Shown here one piece after another: positions 40,701 to 55,619 of a stretch of DNA of 64,000 nt (within the stretch, counting starts at the first letter, position 1; every line of letters starts with the position of its first letter). Both the position numbers and the translations under genes were made by a program. Source of the stretch: Eledone cirrhosa (lineage: Eukaryota); the NCBI GenBank assembly GCA_964016885.1, contig OZ024741.1:405728001-405792000 (forward strand). Direction: 5' to 3'. The notes beneath the pieces are model-generated. The model saw only the letters and a list, made by a program, of their open reading frames with translations. It was not told the origin of the DNA and did no database searches.

Positions 40701-42806
40701 TGAAAGTATTTAGGTTCATACTGCCTGGTTTATTTCAGGTTATTGAGATTGGTAGAATTGTAGACTAGTTGAAAGTATATAGGTTCATACTGCCTGGTTT
40801 ATTTCAGGTTATTGAGACTGGGAGAAGTGTAGACTAGCTGAAAGTATATAGGTTCATACTGCCTGGTTTATTTCAGGTTATTGAAATTGGGAAAATTGTA
40901 GACTAGCTGAAAGTGTTTAAGTTCATACTTCCTGGTTTATTTCAGTTATTGAGATTGGAAAAATTGTAGACTAGCTGAAAGTATTTAGGTTCAAACTGCC
41001 TGGTTCATTTCAGGTTATTGAGATTAGGGAGAATTGTAGACTAGTTGAAAGTATTTAGTTTCATACTGCCTGGTTCATTTCAGGTTATTGAGATTAGAGA
41101 GAATTGTAGACTAGCTGCACGTATTTAGGTTCATACTGCCAGGTCTATTTCAGGTTATTGAGATTAGGGAGAATTGTAGACTAGCTGAACGTATTTAGGT
41201 TCATACTGCCCAGTCTATTTCAGGTTATTGAGATTAGGAAGAATTGTAGACTAGCTGAAAGTATTTAGGTTCATACTGCCTGGTTTATTTCAGGTTATTG
41301 AGATTAGGAAGAATTGTAGACTAGCTGAAAATATTTAGGTTCATACTACCTGGTTTATTTCAGGTTATTGAGATTAGGAAGAATTGTAGACTAGCTGAAA
41401 GTATATAGGTTCATACTGCCTGGTTTATTTCAGGTCATTGAGATTGGGAGAATTGTAGACTAGCTGAAAGTATTTAGGTTCAAACTGCCTGGTTTATTTC
41501 AGGTTATTGAGATTGGGAGAATTGTAGACTAGCTGAAAGTATTTAGGTTCATACTGCCTGGTTTATTTTATGTTATTGAGACTGGGAGAATTGTAGACTA
41601 GCTGAAAGTATTTAGGTTCATACTGCCTGGTCCATTTCAGGTTATTGAGATTGGAAGAATTGTAGACTAGCTGAAAGTATATAAGTTCATACTGCCTGGT
41701 TTATTTCAGGTTATTGAGATTGGAAGAATTGTAGACTAGCTGAAAGTATTAAGGTTCATACTGCGTGGTTTATTTCAGGTTATTGAGACTGGGAGAAGTG
41801 TAGACTAGCTGAAAGTATATAGGTTCATACTGCTTGGTTTATTTCAGGTTATTGAGATTGGGAGAATTGTAGACTAGCTGAAAGTATTTAGGTTCATACT
41901 ACCTGGTTTATTTCAGGTTATTGAGATTGGAAGAATTGTAGACTAGCTGAAAGTGTTTAAGTTCATACTGCCTGGTTTATTTCAGGTTATAGAGATTAGG
42001 GAGAATTGTAGACTAGCTGAAAGTATTTAGGTTCATACTGCCTGGTACATTTCAGGTTATTGAGATTGGAAGAATTGTAGACTAGCTGAAAGTGTTTAAG
42101 TTCATACTGCCTGGTTTATTTAAGGTTATAGAGATTAGGAAGAATTGTAGACTAGCTGAAAGTATTTAGGTTCATACTGCCGGGTTTATTTCAGGTTATT
42201 GAAATTAGGGTGAATTGTAGACAAGCTGAAAGTATTTAGGTACATACTGTCTGGATTATTTCAGGTTATTGAGATTTGAAGAATTGTAGACTAGCTGAAA
42301 GTATATAGGTTCATACTGCCTGGTTTATTTCAGGTTATTGAGACTGGGAGAAGTGTAGACTAGCTGAAAGTATATAGGTTCATACTGCCTGGTCTATTTC
42401 AGGTTATTGAGATTAGGGAGAATTGTAGACTAGCTGAAAGTATTTAGGTTCATACTGCCTGGTCTATTTCAGGTTATTGAGACTGTGAGAAGTGTAGACT
42501 AACTGAAAGTATATAGGTTCATACTGCTTGGTTTATTTCAGGTTATTGAGATTGGGAGAATTGTAGACGAGCCGAAAGTATTTAGGTTCATACTGCCTGG
42601 TTTATTTCAGGTTATTGAGATTAGGGAGAATTGTAGACGAGCGGAAAGTATTTAGGTTCATACTTCCTGGTCTATTTCAGGTTATTGAGATTAGGGAGAA
42701 CTGTAGACTAGCTGAAAATATTTAGTTTCATACTGCCTGGTCTATTTCAGTTTATTGAGATTAGGGAGAATTGTAGACTAGCTGAAAGTATTTAGGTTCA
42801 TACTGG
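31778..42806. repeat. Large block, copy 3 (11,029 bp)
   Basis: Constant offset of 15470 to copy 1 at every marker checked, with only a few single-base differences. Confidence 0.94.
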
Positions 42807-45399
42807 CTGGTTTATTTCAGGTTATTGAGATTAGGGAGAATTGTAGACGAGCGGAAAGTATTTAGGTTCATACTGCCTGGTTTATTTCAGGTTATTGAGA
42901 TTAGGGAGAATTGTAGACGAGCGGAAAGTATTTAGGTTCATACTTCCTGGTCTATTTCAGGTTATTGAGATTAGGGAGAACTGTAGACTAGCTGAAAATA
43001 TTTAGTTTCATACTGCCTGGTCTATTTCAGTTTATTGAGATTAGGGAGAATTGTAGACTAGCTGAAAGTATTTAGGTTCATACTGCCTGGTCAATTTCAG
43101 GTTATTGAGATTAGGGAGAATTGTAGACTAGCTGAAAGTATTTAGGTTCATACTGCCTGGTTTATTTCAGGTTATTGAGATTGGTAGAATTGTAGACTAG
43201 TTGAAAGTATATAGGTTCATACTGCCTGGTTTATTTCAGGTTATTGAGACTGGGAGAAGTGTAGACTAGCTGAAAGTATATAGGTTCATACTGCCTGGTT
43301 TATTTCAGGTTATTGAAATTGGGAGAATTGTAGACTAGCTGAAAGTGTTTAAGTTCATACTTCCTGGTTTATTTCAGTTATTGAGATTGGAAAAATTGTA
43401 GACTAGCTGAAAGTATTTAGGTTCAAACTGCCTGGTTCATTTCAGGTTATTGAGATTAGGAAGAATTGTAGACTAGTTGAAAGTATTTAGTTTCAAACTG
43501 CCTGGTTCATTTCAGGTTATTGAGATTAGGGAGAATTGTAGACTAGCTGCACGTATTTATGTTCATACTGCCGGGTCTATTTCAGGTTATTGAGATTAGG
43601 GAGAATTGTAGACTAGCTGAACGTATTTAGGTTCATACTGCCTAGTCTATTTCAGGTTATTGAGATTAGGAAGAATTGTAGACTAGCTGAAAGTATTTAG
43701 TTTCATACTGCCTGGTTTATTTCAGGTTATTGAGATTAGGAAGAATTGTAGACTAGCTGAAAGTATATAGGTTCATACTGCCTGGTTTATTTCAGGTCAT
43801 TGAGATTGGGAGAATTGTAGACTAGCTGAAAGTATTTAGGTTGATACTGCCTGGTTTATTTCAGGTTATTGAGATTGGGAGAATTGTAGACGAGCTGAAA
43901 GTATTTAGCTTCAAACTGCCTGGTCTATTTCAGGTTATTGGGATTAGGGAGAAGTGTAGACTAACTGAACGTATTTAGGATAATACTGCCTGGTTTATTT
44001 CAGGTTATTGAGATTGGAAGAATTGTAGACTAGCTGAACATATTTAGGTTCATACTGCCTGGTCTATTTCAGGTTATTGAGATTGGAAGAATTGTAGACT
44101 AGCTGAAAGTATTTAGGTTCATACTGCCTGGTTTATTTCATGTTATTGAGATTAGGGAGAATTGTAGACTAGCTGAAAGTATTTAGATTAATACTGCCTG
44201 GTCTATTTCAGGTTATTGAGATTAGGGAGAATTGTAGACTACCTGAACATATTTAGGTTCATTCTGCCTGGTCTATTTTAGGTTATTGAGATTAGGGACA
44301 ATTGTAGACTAGCTGAAAGTATTTAGGTTCATACTGCCTGGTTTATTTCAGGTTATTGAGATTGGGAGAATTGTAGACTAGCTGAAAGTATTTAGGTTCA
44401 TACTGCCTGGTTTATTTCAGATTATTGATATTAGGGAGAATTGTAGACTAGCTGAAAGTATTTAGGTTCATACTGCCTGGCCTATTTCAGGTTATTGGGA
44501 TTAGGGAGAAGTGTAGACTAACTGAAAGTATTTAGTATAATACTGCCTGGTTTATTTCAGGTTATTGAGATTAGGGAGAATTGTAGACTACCTTAAAGTA
44601 TTTATGTTCATTCTGCCTGGTCTATTTCAGGTTATTGAGATTAGGAAGAATTGTAGACTAGCTGAAAGTATTTAGGTTCATACTGCCTGGTTTATTTCAG
44701 GTTATTGAGATTAGGGAGAATTGTAGACGAGCGGAAAGCATTTAGGTTCATACTGCCTGGTTTATTTCAGGTTATTGAGATTTGAAGAATTGTAGACTAG
44801 CTGAAAGTATTTAGGTTCATACTGCCTGGTCTATTTCAGGTTATTGAGATTAGGGAGAACTGTAGACTAGCTGAAAATATTTAGTTTCATACTGCCTGGT
44901 CAATTTCAGGTTATTGAGATTAGGGAGAATTGTAGACTAGCTGAAAGTATTTAGGTTCATACTGCCTGGTTTATTTCAGGTTATTGAGATTGGTAGAATT
45001 GTAGACTAGTTGTAAGTATATAGGTTCATACTGCCTGGTTTATTTCAGGTTATTGAGACTCGGAGAAGTGTAGACTAGCTGAAAGTATATAGGTTCATAC
45101 TGCCTGGTTTATTTCAGGTTATTGAAATTGGGAGAATTGTAGACTAGCTGAAAGTGTTTAAGTTCATACTTCCTGGTTTATTTCAGTTATTGAGATTGGA
45201 AAAATTGTAGACTAGCTGAAAGTATTTAGGTTCAAACTGCCTGGTTCATTTCAGGTTATTGAGATTAGGGAGAATTGTAGACTAGTTGAAAGTATTTAGT
45301 TTCATACTGCCTGGTTCATTTCAGGTTATTGAGATTAGGGAGAATTGTAGACTAGCTGCACGTATTTAGGTTCATACTGCCGGGTCTATTTCAGGTTAT

Positions 45400-48300
45400 T
45401 GAGATTAGGAAGAATTGTAGACTAGCTGAAAGTATTTAGGTTCATACTGCCTGGTTTATTTCAGGTTATTGAGATTAGGAAGAATTGTAGACTAGCTGAA
45501 AATATTTAGGTTCATACTGCCTGGTTTATTTCAGGTTATTGAGATTAGGAAGAATTGTAGACTAGCTGAAAGTATATAGGTTCATACTGCCTGGTTTATT
45601 TCAGGTCATTGAGATTGGGAGAATTGTAGACTAGTTGAAAGTATTTAGGTTGATACTGCCTGGTTTATTTCAGGTTATTGAGATTGGGAGAATTGTAGAC
45701 TAGCTGAAAGTATTTAGGTTCAAACTGCCTGGTTTATTTCAGGTTATTGAGATTAGGGAGAATTGTAGAATAGCTGAAAATATTTAGGTTCATACTGCCT
45801 GGTCTATTTCAGGTTATTGGGATTAGGGAGAAGTGTAGACTAACTGAAAGTATTTAGGATAATACTGCCTGGTTTATTTCAGGTTATTGAGATTGGAAGA
45901 ATTGTAGACTAGCTGAACGTATTTAGGTTCATACTGCCTAGTCTATTTCAGGTTATTGAGATTAGGAAGAATTGTAGACTAGCTGAAAGTATTTAGGTTC
46001 ATACTGCCTGGTTTATTTCAGGTTATTGAGATTAGGAAGAATTGTAGACTAGCTGAAAATATTTAGGTTCATACTGCCTGGTTTATTTCAGGTTATTGAG
46101 ATTAGGAAGAATTGTAGACTAGCTGAAAGTATATAGGTTCATACTGCCTGGTTTATTTCAGGTCATTGAGATTGGGAGAATTGTAGACTAGTTGAAAGTA
46201 TTTAGGTTGATACTGCCTGGTTTATTTCAGGTTATTGAGATTGGGAAAATTGTAGACTAGCTGAAAGTATTTAGGTTCAAACTGCCTGGTTTATTTCAGG
46301 TTATTGAGATTAGGGAGAATTGTAGAATAGCTGAAAATATTTAGGTTCATACTGCCTGGTCTATTTCAGGTTATTGGGATTAGGGAGAAGTGTAGACTAA
46401 CTGAAAGTATTTAGGATAATACTGCCTGGTTTATTTCAGGTTATTGAGATTGGAAGAATTGTAGACTAGCTGAACATATTTAGGTTCATACTGCCTGGTC
46501 TATTTCAGGTTATTGAGATTGGAAGAATTGTAGACTAGCTGAAAGTATTTAGTTTCATACTGCCTAGTCTATTTCAGGTTATTGAGATTAGGGAGAATTG
46601 TAGACTAGCTGAAAGTATTTAGATTAATACTGCCTGGTCTATTTCAGGTTATTGAGATTAGGGAGAATTGTAGACTACCTGAAAATATTTAGGTTCATTC
46701 TGCCTGGTCTATTTCAGGTTATTGAGATTAGGGACAATTGTAGACTAGCTGAAAGTATTTAGGTTCATACTGCCTGGTTTATTTCAGGTTATTGAGATTG
46801 GGAGAATTGTAGACTAGCTGAAAGTATTTAGGTTCATACTGCCTGGTTTATTTCAGGTTATTGATATTAGGGAGAATTGTAGACTAGCTGAAAGTATTTA
46901 GTTTCATACTGCCTGGCCTATTTCAGGTTATTGGGATTAGGGAGAAGTGTAGACTAACTGAAAGTATTTAGGATAATACTGCCTGGTTTATTTCAGGTTA
47001 TTGAGATTAGGGAGAATTGTAGACTAGCTGAAAGTATTTAGTTTCATACTGCCTGGTCTATTTCAGGTTATTGAGATTAGGGAGAATTGTTGACTAACTG
47101 AAAATATTTAGGTTCATACTGCCTGGTTTATTTCAGGTTATTGAGATTAGGAGAATTGTAGAATAGCTGAAAATATTTAGGTTCATACTGCCTGGTCTAT
47201 TTCAGGTTATTGGGATTAGGGAGAAGTGTAGACTAACTGAAAGTATTTAGGATAATACTGCCTGGTTTATTTCAGGTTATTGAGACTGGGAGAATTGTAG
47301 ACTAGCTGAACGTATTTAGGTTCATACTGCCTAGTCTATTTCAGGTTATTGAGATTAGGAAGAATTGTAGACTAGCTGAAAGTATTTAGGTTCATACTGC
47401 CTGGTTTATTTCAGGTTATTGAGATTAGGAAGAATTGTAGACTAGCTGAAAATATTTAGGTTCATACTGCCTGGTTTATTTCAGGTTATTGAGATTAGGA
47501 AGAATTGTAGACTAGCTGAAAGTATATAGGTTCATACTGCCTGGTTTATTTCAGGTCATTGAGATTGGGAGAATTGTAGACTAGTTGAAAGTATTTAGGT
47601 TGATACTGCCTGGTTTATTTCAGGTTATTGAGATTGGGAGAATTGTAGACTAGCTGAAAGTATTTAGGTTCAAACTGCCTGGTTTATTTCAGGTTATTGA
47701 GATTAGGGAGAATTGTAGAATAGCTGAAAATATTTAGGTTCATACTGCCTGGTCTATTTCAGGTTATTGGGATTAGGGAGAAGTGTAGACTAACTGAAAG
47801 TATTTAGGATAATACTGCCTGGTTTATTTCAGGTTATTGAGATTGGAAGAATTGTAGACTAGCTGAACATATTTAGGTTCATACTGCCTGGTCTATTTCA
47901 GGTTATTGAGATTGGAAGAATTGTAGACTAGCTGAAAGTATTTAGTTTCATACTGCCTAGTTTATTTCAGGTTATTGAGATTAGGGAGAATTGTAGACTA
48001 GCTGAAAGTATTTAGATTAATACTGCCTGGTCTATTTCAGGTTATTGAGATTAGGGAGAATTGTAGACTACCTGAAAATATTTAGGTTCATTCTGCCTGG
48101 TCTATTTCAGGTTATTGAGATTAGGGACAATTGTAGACTAGCTGAAAGTATTTAGGTTCATACTGCCTGGTTTATTTCAGGTTATTGAGATTGGGAGAAT
48201 TGTAGACTAGCTGAAGGTATTTAGGTTCATACTGCCTGGTTTATTTCAGGTTATTGATATTAGGGAGAATTGTAGACTAGCTGAAAGTATTTAGTTTCAT

Positions 48301-49560
48301 ACTGCCTGGCCTATTTCAGGTTATTGGGATTAGGGAGAAGTGTAGACTAACTGAAAGTATTTAGGATAATACTGCCTGGTTTATTTCAGGTTATTGAGAT
48401 TAGGGAGAATTGTAGACTAGCTGAAAGTATTTAGTTTCATACTGCCTGGTCTATTTCAGGTTATTGAGATTAGGGAGAATTGTTGACTAACTGAAAATAT
48501 TTAGGTTCATACTGCCTGGTTTATTTCAGGTTATTGAGATTAGGAGAATTGTAGACTAGCTGAAAGTATTTAGGTTCAAACTGCCTGGTTTATTTCAGGT
48601 TATTGAGATTAGGGAGAATTGTAGAATAGCTGAAAATATTTAGGTTCATACTGCCTGGTCTATTTCAGGTTATTGGGATTAGGGAGAAGTGTAGACTAAC
48701 TGAAAGTATTTAGGATAATACTGCCTGGTTTATTTCAGGTTATTGAGATTGGAAGAATTGTAGACTAGCTGAACATATTTAGGTTCATACTGCCTGGTCT
48801 ATTTCAGGTTATTGAGATTGGAAGAATTGTAGACTAGCTGAAAGTATTTAGTTTCATACTGCCTAGTTTATTTCAGGTTATTGAGATTAGGGAGAATTGT
48901 AGACTAGCTGAAAGTATTTAGATTAATACTGCCTGGTCTATTTCAGGTTATTGAGATTAGGGAGAATTGTAGACTACCTGAAAATATTTAGGTTCATTCT
49001 GCCTGGTCTATTTCAGGTTATTGAGATTAGGGACAATTGTAGACTAGCTGAAAGTATTTAGGTTCATACTGCCTGGTTTATTTCAGGTTATTGAGATTGG
49101 GAGAATTGTAGACTAGCTGAAGGTATTTAGGTTCATACTGCCTGGTTTATTTCAGGTTATTGATATTAGGGAGAATTGTAGACTAGCTGAAAGTATTTAG
49201 TTTCATACTGCCTGGCCTATTTCAGGTTATTGGGATTAGGGAGAAGTGTAGACTAACTGAAAGTATTTAGGATAATACTGCCTGGTTTATTTCAGGTTAT
49301 TGAGATTAGGGAGAATTGTAGACTAGCTGAAAGTATTTAGTTTCATACTGCCTGGTCTATTTCAGGTTATTGAGATTAGGGAGAATTGTTGACTAACTGA
49401 AAATATTTAGGTTCATACTGCCTGGTTTATTTCAGGTTATTGAGATTAGGAGAATTGTAGACTAGCTGAAAGTATTTAGGTTCAAACTGCCTGGTTTATT
49501 TCAGGTTATTGAGATTAGGGAGAATTGTAGACTAGCTGAAAATATTTAGGTTCTTACTGC
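45400..49560. repeat. Nested duplications with offsets 557 (~8-mer), 1,393 (~20-mer) and 906 bp (~13-mer)
   Basis: GTAGAATAGC at 45765, 46322, 47158, 47715 and 48621; GGGACAA at 46731, 48124 and 49030. Confidence 0.88.
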
Positions 49561-51229
49561 CTGGTCTATTTCAGGTTATTGGGATTAGGGAGAAGTGTAG
49601 AGTAACTGAAAGTATTTAGGATAATACTGCCTGGTTTATTTCAGGTTATTGAGATTGGAAGAATTGTAGACTAGCTGAACATATTTAGGTTCATACTGCC
49701 TGGTCTATTTCAGGTTATTGAGATTAGGAAGAATTGTAGACTATCTGAAAGTATTTAGGTTCATACTGCCTGGTTTATTTCAGGTTATTGAGATTAGGGA
49801 GAAGTGTAGACTAGCTGAAAGTATTTAGGTTCATACTGCCTGGTCTATTTCAGGTTATTGAGATTAGGGAGGATTGTAGACTAGCTGAAAGTATTTAGGT
49901 TGATACTGCCTGGTTTATTTCAGGTTATTGAGATTGGGAGAATTGTAGACTAGCTGAAAGTATTTAGGTTCAAACTGCCTGGTTTATTTCAGGTTATTGA
50001 GATTAGGGAGAATTGTAGACTAGCTGAAAATATTTAGGTTCTTACTGCCTGGTCTATTTCAGGTTATTGGGATTAGGGAGAAGTGTAGACTAACTGAAAG
50101 TATTTAGGATAATACTGCCTGGTTTATTTCAGGTTATTGAGATTGGAAGAATTGTAGACTAGCTGAACATATTTAGGTTCATACTGCCTGGTCTATTTCA
50201 GGTTATTGAGATTGGAAGAATTGTAGACAAGCTGAAAGTATTTAGGTTCATACTGCCTGGTTTATTTCAGGTTATTGAGATTAGGGAGAATTGTAGACTA
50301 GCTGAAAGTATTTAGATTAATACTGCCTGGTCTATTTCAGGTTATTGAGATTAGGGAGAATTGTAGACTACCTGAAAATATTTAGGTTCATACTGCCTTG
50401 TCTATTTCAGGTTATTGAGATTAGGGACAATTGTAGACTAGCTGAAAGTATTTAGGTTCATACGTCCTGGTTTATTTCAGGTTATTGAGATTGGGAGAAT
50501 TGTAGACTAGCTGAAAGTATTTAGGTTCATACTGCCTGGTCTATTTCAGGTTATTGATATTAGGGAGAATTGTAGACTAGCTGAAAGTATTTAGGTTCAT
50601 ACTGCCTGGCCTATTTCAGGTTATTGGGATTAGGGAGAAGTGTAGACTAACTGAAAGTATTTAGGATAATACTGCCTGGTTTATTTCAGGTTATTGAGAT
50701 TAGGGAGAATTGTAGACTAGCTGAAAGTATTTAGGTTCATACTGCCTGGTCTATTTCAGGTTATTGAGATTAGGGAGAATTGTTGACTAACTGAAAATAT
50801 TTAGGTTCATACTTCCTGGTCTATTTCAGGTTATTGGGATTAGGGAGAATTGTAAACTACCTTAAAGTATTTATGTTCATTCTGCCTGGTCTATTTCAGG
50901 TTATTGAGATTAGGGAGAATTGTAGACTAGCTGAAAGTATTTAGGTTCATACTGCCTGGTTTATTTCAGGTTATTGAGATTAGGAATAATTGTAGACTAG
51001 CTGAAAGTATTTAGGTTCATACTGCCTGGTTTATTTCAGGTTATTGAGATTAGGGAGAATTGTAGACTTGCTGAAAGTATTTAGGTTCATACTGCCTGGC
51101 TTATTTCAGGTTATTGAGATTGGAAGAATTGTAGACTAGCTGAAAGTAATTAGGTTCATACTGCCTGGTCTATTTCAGGTTATTGAAATTAGGAGAATTG
51201 TAGACTAGCTGAAAGTATTTAGGTTCATA

Positions 51230-54200
51230 CTGCCTGGTCTATTTCAGTTATTGAGATTGGGAGAATTGTAGACTAGCTGAAAGTATTTAGGTTCATACTG
51301 CCTGGTTTATTTCAGGTTATTGAGATTAGGGACAATTGTAGACTAGCTGAAAATATTTAGGTTCATACTGCCTGGTCTATTTCAGGTTATTGGGATTAGG
51401 AGAAGTGTAAACTAGCTGAAAGTATTTAGGTTCATACTGCCTGGTCTATTTCAGGTTATTGAGATTAGGGAGGATTGTAGACTAGCTGAAAGTATTTAGG
51501 TTGATACTGCCTGGTTTATTTCAGGTTATTGAGATTGGGAGAATTGTAGACTAGCTGAAAGTATTTAGGTTCAAACTGCCTGGTTTATTTCAGGTTATTG
51601 AGATTAGGGAGAATTGTAGACTAGCTGAAAATATTTAGGTTCATACTGCCTGGTCTATTTCAGGTTATTGGGATTACGGAGAAGTGTAGACTAACTGAAA
51701 GTATTTAGGATAATACTGCCTGGTCTATTTCAGGTTATTGAGATTGGAAGAATTGTAGACTAGCTGAACATATTTAGGTTCATACTGCCTGGTCTATTTC
51801 AGGTTATTGAGATTGGAAGAATTGTAGACTAGCTGAAAGTATTTAGGTTCATACTGCCTGGTTTATTTCAGGTTATTGAGATTAGGGAGAATTGTAGACT
51901 AGCTGAAAATATTTAGATTAATACTGCCTGGTCTATTTCAGGTTATTGAGATTAGGGAGAATTGTAGACTAGCTGAAAATATTTAGGTTCATTCTGCCTG
52001 GTCTATTTCAGGTTATTGAGATTAGGGAGAATTGTAGACTACCTTAAAGTATTTAGGTTCATACTGCCTGGTTTATTTCAGGTTATTGAGATTAGGGAGA
52101 ATTGTAGACTAGCTGAAAGTATTTAGGTTCATACTGCCTGGTTTATTTCAGGTTATTGAGATTGGAAGAATTGTGGACTAGCTGAAAGTAATTAGGTTCA
52201 TACTGCCAGGTCTATTTCAGGTTATTGAAATTGGGAGAATTGTAGACTAGCTGAAAGTATTTAGGTTCATACTGCCTGGTCTATTTCAGTTATTGAGATT
52301 GGGAGAATTGTAGACTAGCTGAAAGTATTTAGGTTCATACTGCCTGGTTTATTTCAGGTTATTGAGATTAGGGACAATTGTAGACTAGCTGAACATATTT
52401 AGGTTCATACTGCCTGGTCTATTTCAGGTTATTGGGATTAGGGAGAAGTGTAGACTAGCTGAAAGTATTTAGGTTCATACTGCCTGGTCTATTTCAGGTT
52501 ATTGAGATTAGGGAGGATTGTAGACTAGCTGAAAGTATTTATGTTGATACTGCCTGGTCTATTTCAGGTTATTGAGATTAGGGAGAATTGTAGACTAGCT
52601 GAAAATATTTAGGTTCATACTGCCTGGTCTATTTCAGGTTATTGAGATTAGGGAGAATTGTAGACTACCTGAAAATATTTAGGTTCATTCTGCCTGGTCT
52701 ATTTCAGGTTATTGAGATTAGGGACAATTGTAGACTAGCTGAAAGTATTTAGGTTCATACTGCCTGGTTTATTTCAGGTTATTGAGATTAGGGAGAATTG
52801 TAGACTAGCTGAAAGTATTTAGATTAATACTGCCTGGTCTATTTCAGTTATTGAGATTGGGAGAATTGTAGACTAGCTGAAAGTATTTAGGTTCATACTG
52901 CCTGGTTTATTTCAGGTTATTGAGATTAGGGACAATTGTAGACTAGCTGAAAATATTTAGGTTCATACTGCCTGGTCTATTTCAGGTTATTGGGATTAGG
53001 AGAAGTGTAAACTAGCTGAAAGTATTTAGGTTCATACTGCCTGGTCTATTTCAGGTTATTGAGATTAGGGAGGATTGTAGACTAGCTGAAAGTATTTAGG
53101 TTGATACTGCCTGGTTTATTTCAGGTTATTGAGATTGGGAGAATTGTAGACTAGCTGAAAGTATTTAGGTTCAAACTGCCTGGTTTATTTCAGGTTATTG
53201 AGATTAGGGAGAATTGTAGACTAGCTGAAAATATTTAGGTTCATACTGCCTGGTCTATTTCAGGTTATTGGGATTACGGAGAAGTGTAGACTAACTGAAA
53301 GTATTTAGGATAATACTGCCTGGTCTATTTCAGGTTATTGAGATTGGAAGAATTGTAGACTAGCTGAACATATTTAGGTTCATACTGCCTGGTCTATTTC
53401 AGGTTATTGAGATTGGAAGAATTGTAGACTAGCTGAAAGTATTTAGGTTCATACTGCCTGGTTTATTTCAGGTTATTGAGATTAGGGAGAATTGTAGACT
53501 AGCTGAAAATATTTAGATTAATACTGCCTGGTCTATTTCAGGTTATTGAGATTAGGGAGAATTGTAGACTAGCTGAAAATATTTAGGTTCATTCTGCCTG
53601 GTCTATTTCAGGTTATTGAGATTAGGGAGAATTGTAGACTACCTTAAAGTATTTAGGTTCATACTGCCTGGTTTATTTCAGGTTATTGAGATTAGGGAGA
53701 ATTGTAGACTAGCTGAAAGTATTTAGGTTCATACTGCCTGGTTTATTTCAGGTTATTGAGATTGGAAGAATTGTAGACTAGCTGAAAGTAATTAGGTTCA
53801 TACTGCCAGGTCTATTTCAGGTTATTGAAATTGGGAGAATTGTAGACTAGCTGAAAGTATTTAGGTTCATACTGCCTGGTTTATTTCAGGTTATTGAGAT
53901 TAGGGACAATTGTAGACTAGCTGAACATATTTAGGTTCATACTGCCTGGTCTATTTCAGGTTATTGGGATTAGGGAGAAGTGTAGACTAGCTGAAAGTAT
54001 TTAGGTTCATACTGCCTGGTCTATTTCAGGTTATTGAGATTAGGGAGGATTGTAGACTAGCTGAAAGTATTTATGTTGATACTGCCTGGTCTATTTCAGG
54101 TTATTGAGATTAGGGAGAATTGTAGACTAGCTGAAAATATTTAGGTTCATACTGCCTGGTCTATTTCAGGTTATTGAGATTAGGGAGAATTGTAGACTAC

Positions 54201-54370
54201 CTGAAAATATTTAGGTTCATTCTGCCTGGTCTATTTCAGGTTATTGAGATTAGGGACAATTGTAGACTAGCTGAAAGTATTTAGGTTCATACTGCCTGGT
54301 TTATTTCAGGTTATTGAGATTAGGGAGAATTGTAGACTAGCTGAAAGTATTTAGATTAATACTGCCTGGT
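51230..54370. repeat. Tandem duplication of a 1,600-bp (~23 monomer) block; the second copy lacks one 68-bp monomer
   Basis: AGAAGTGTAA at 51401/53001 and GGATTACGGA at 51671/53271 (offset 1600); ATGTTGATAC at 52541/54073 (offset 1532). Confidence 0.91.
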
Positions 54371-55619
54371 CTATTTCAGGTTATTGAGATTAGGGAGAAT
54401 TGTAGACTACCTGAAAATATTTAGGTTCATTCTGCCTGGTCTATTTCAGGTTATTGAGATTAGGGACAATTGTAGACTAGCTGAAAGTATTTAGGTTCAT
54501 ACTGCCTGGTTTATTTCAGGTTATTGAGATTGGGAGAATTGTAGACTAGCTGAAAGTATTTAGGTTCATACTGCCTGGTTTATTTCAGGTTATTGATATT
54601 AGGGAGAATTGTAGACTAGCTGAAAGTATTTAGGTTCATACTGCCTGGCCTATTTCAGGTTATTGGGATTAGGGAGAAGTGTAGACTAACTGAAAGTATT
54701 TAGGATAATACTGCCTGGTTTATTTCAGGTTATTGAGATTAGGGAGAATTGTAGACTAGCTGAAAGTATTTAGGTTCATACTGCCTGGTCTATTTCAGGT
54801 TATTGAGATTAGGGAGAATTGTTGACTAACTGAAAATATTTAGGTTCATACTTCCTGGTCTATTTCAGGTTATTGGGATTAGGGAGAATTGTAGACTACC
54901 TTAAAGTATTTATGTTCATTCTGCCTGGTCTATTTCAGGTTATTGAGATTAGGGAGAATTGTAGACTCGCTGAAAATATTTAGGTTGATACTGCCTGGTT
55001 TATTTCAGGTTATTGAGATTGGGAGAATTGTAGACTAGCTGAAAGTATTTAGGTTCATACTGCCTGGTTTATTTCAGGTTATTGAGATGAGGAATAATTG
55101 TAGACTAGCTGAAAGTATTTAGGTTCATAGTGCCTGGTTTATTTCAGGTTATTGAGACTAGGGAGAATTGTAGACTAGCTGAAAGTATTTAGGTTCATAC
55201 TGCCTGGTTTATTTCAGGTTATTAAGATTGGAAGAATTGTAGACTAGCTGAAAGTAATTAGGTTCATACTGCCTGGTCTATTTCAGGTTATTGAAATTGG
55301 GAGAATTGTAGACTAGCTGAAAGTATTTAGGTTCATACTGCCTGGTTTATTTCAGGTTATTGAGATTAGGGAGAATTGTAGACTAGCTGAAAGTATTTAG
55401 GTTCATACTGCCTGGTCTATTTCAGGTTATTGAGATTGGAAGAATTGTAGACTAGCTGAAAATATTTAGGTTCATACTGCCTGGTCTATTTCAGGTTATT
55501 GGGATTAGGGAGAAGTGTAGACTAACTGAAAGTATTTAGGATAATACTGCCTGGTTTATTTCAGGTTATTGAGATTGGAAGAATTGTAGACTACCTGAAA
55601 ATATTTAGGTTCATTCTGC

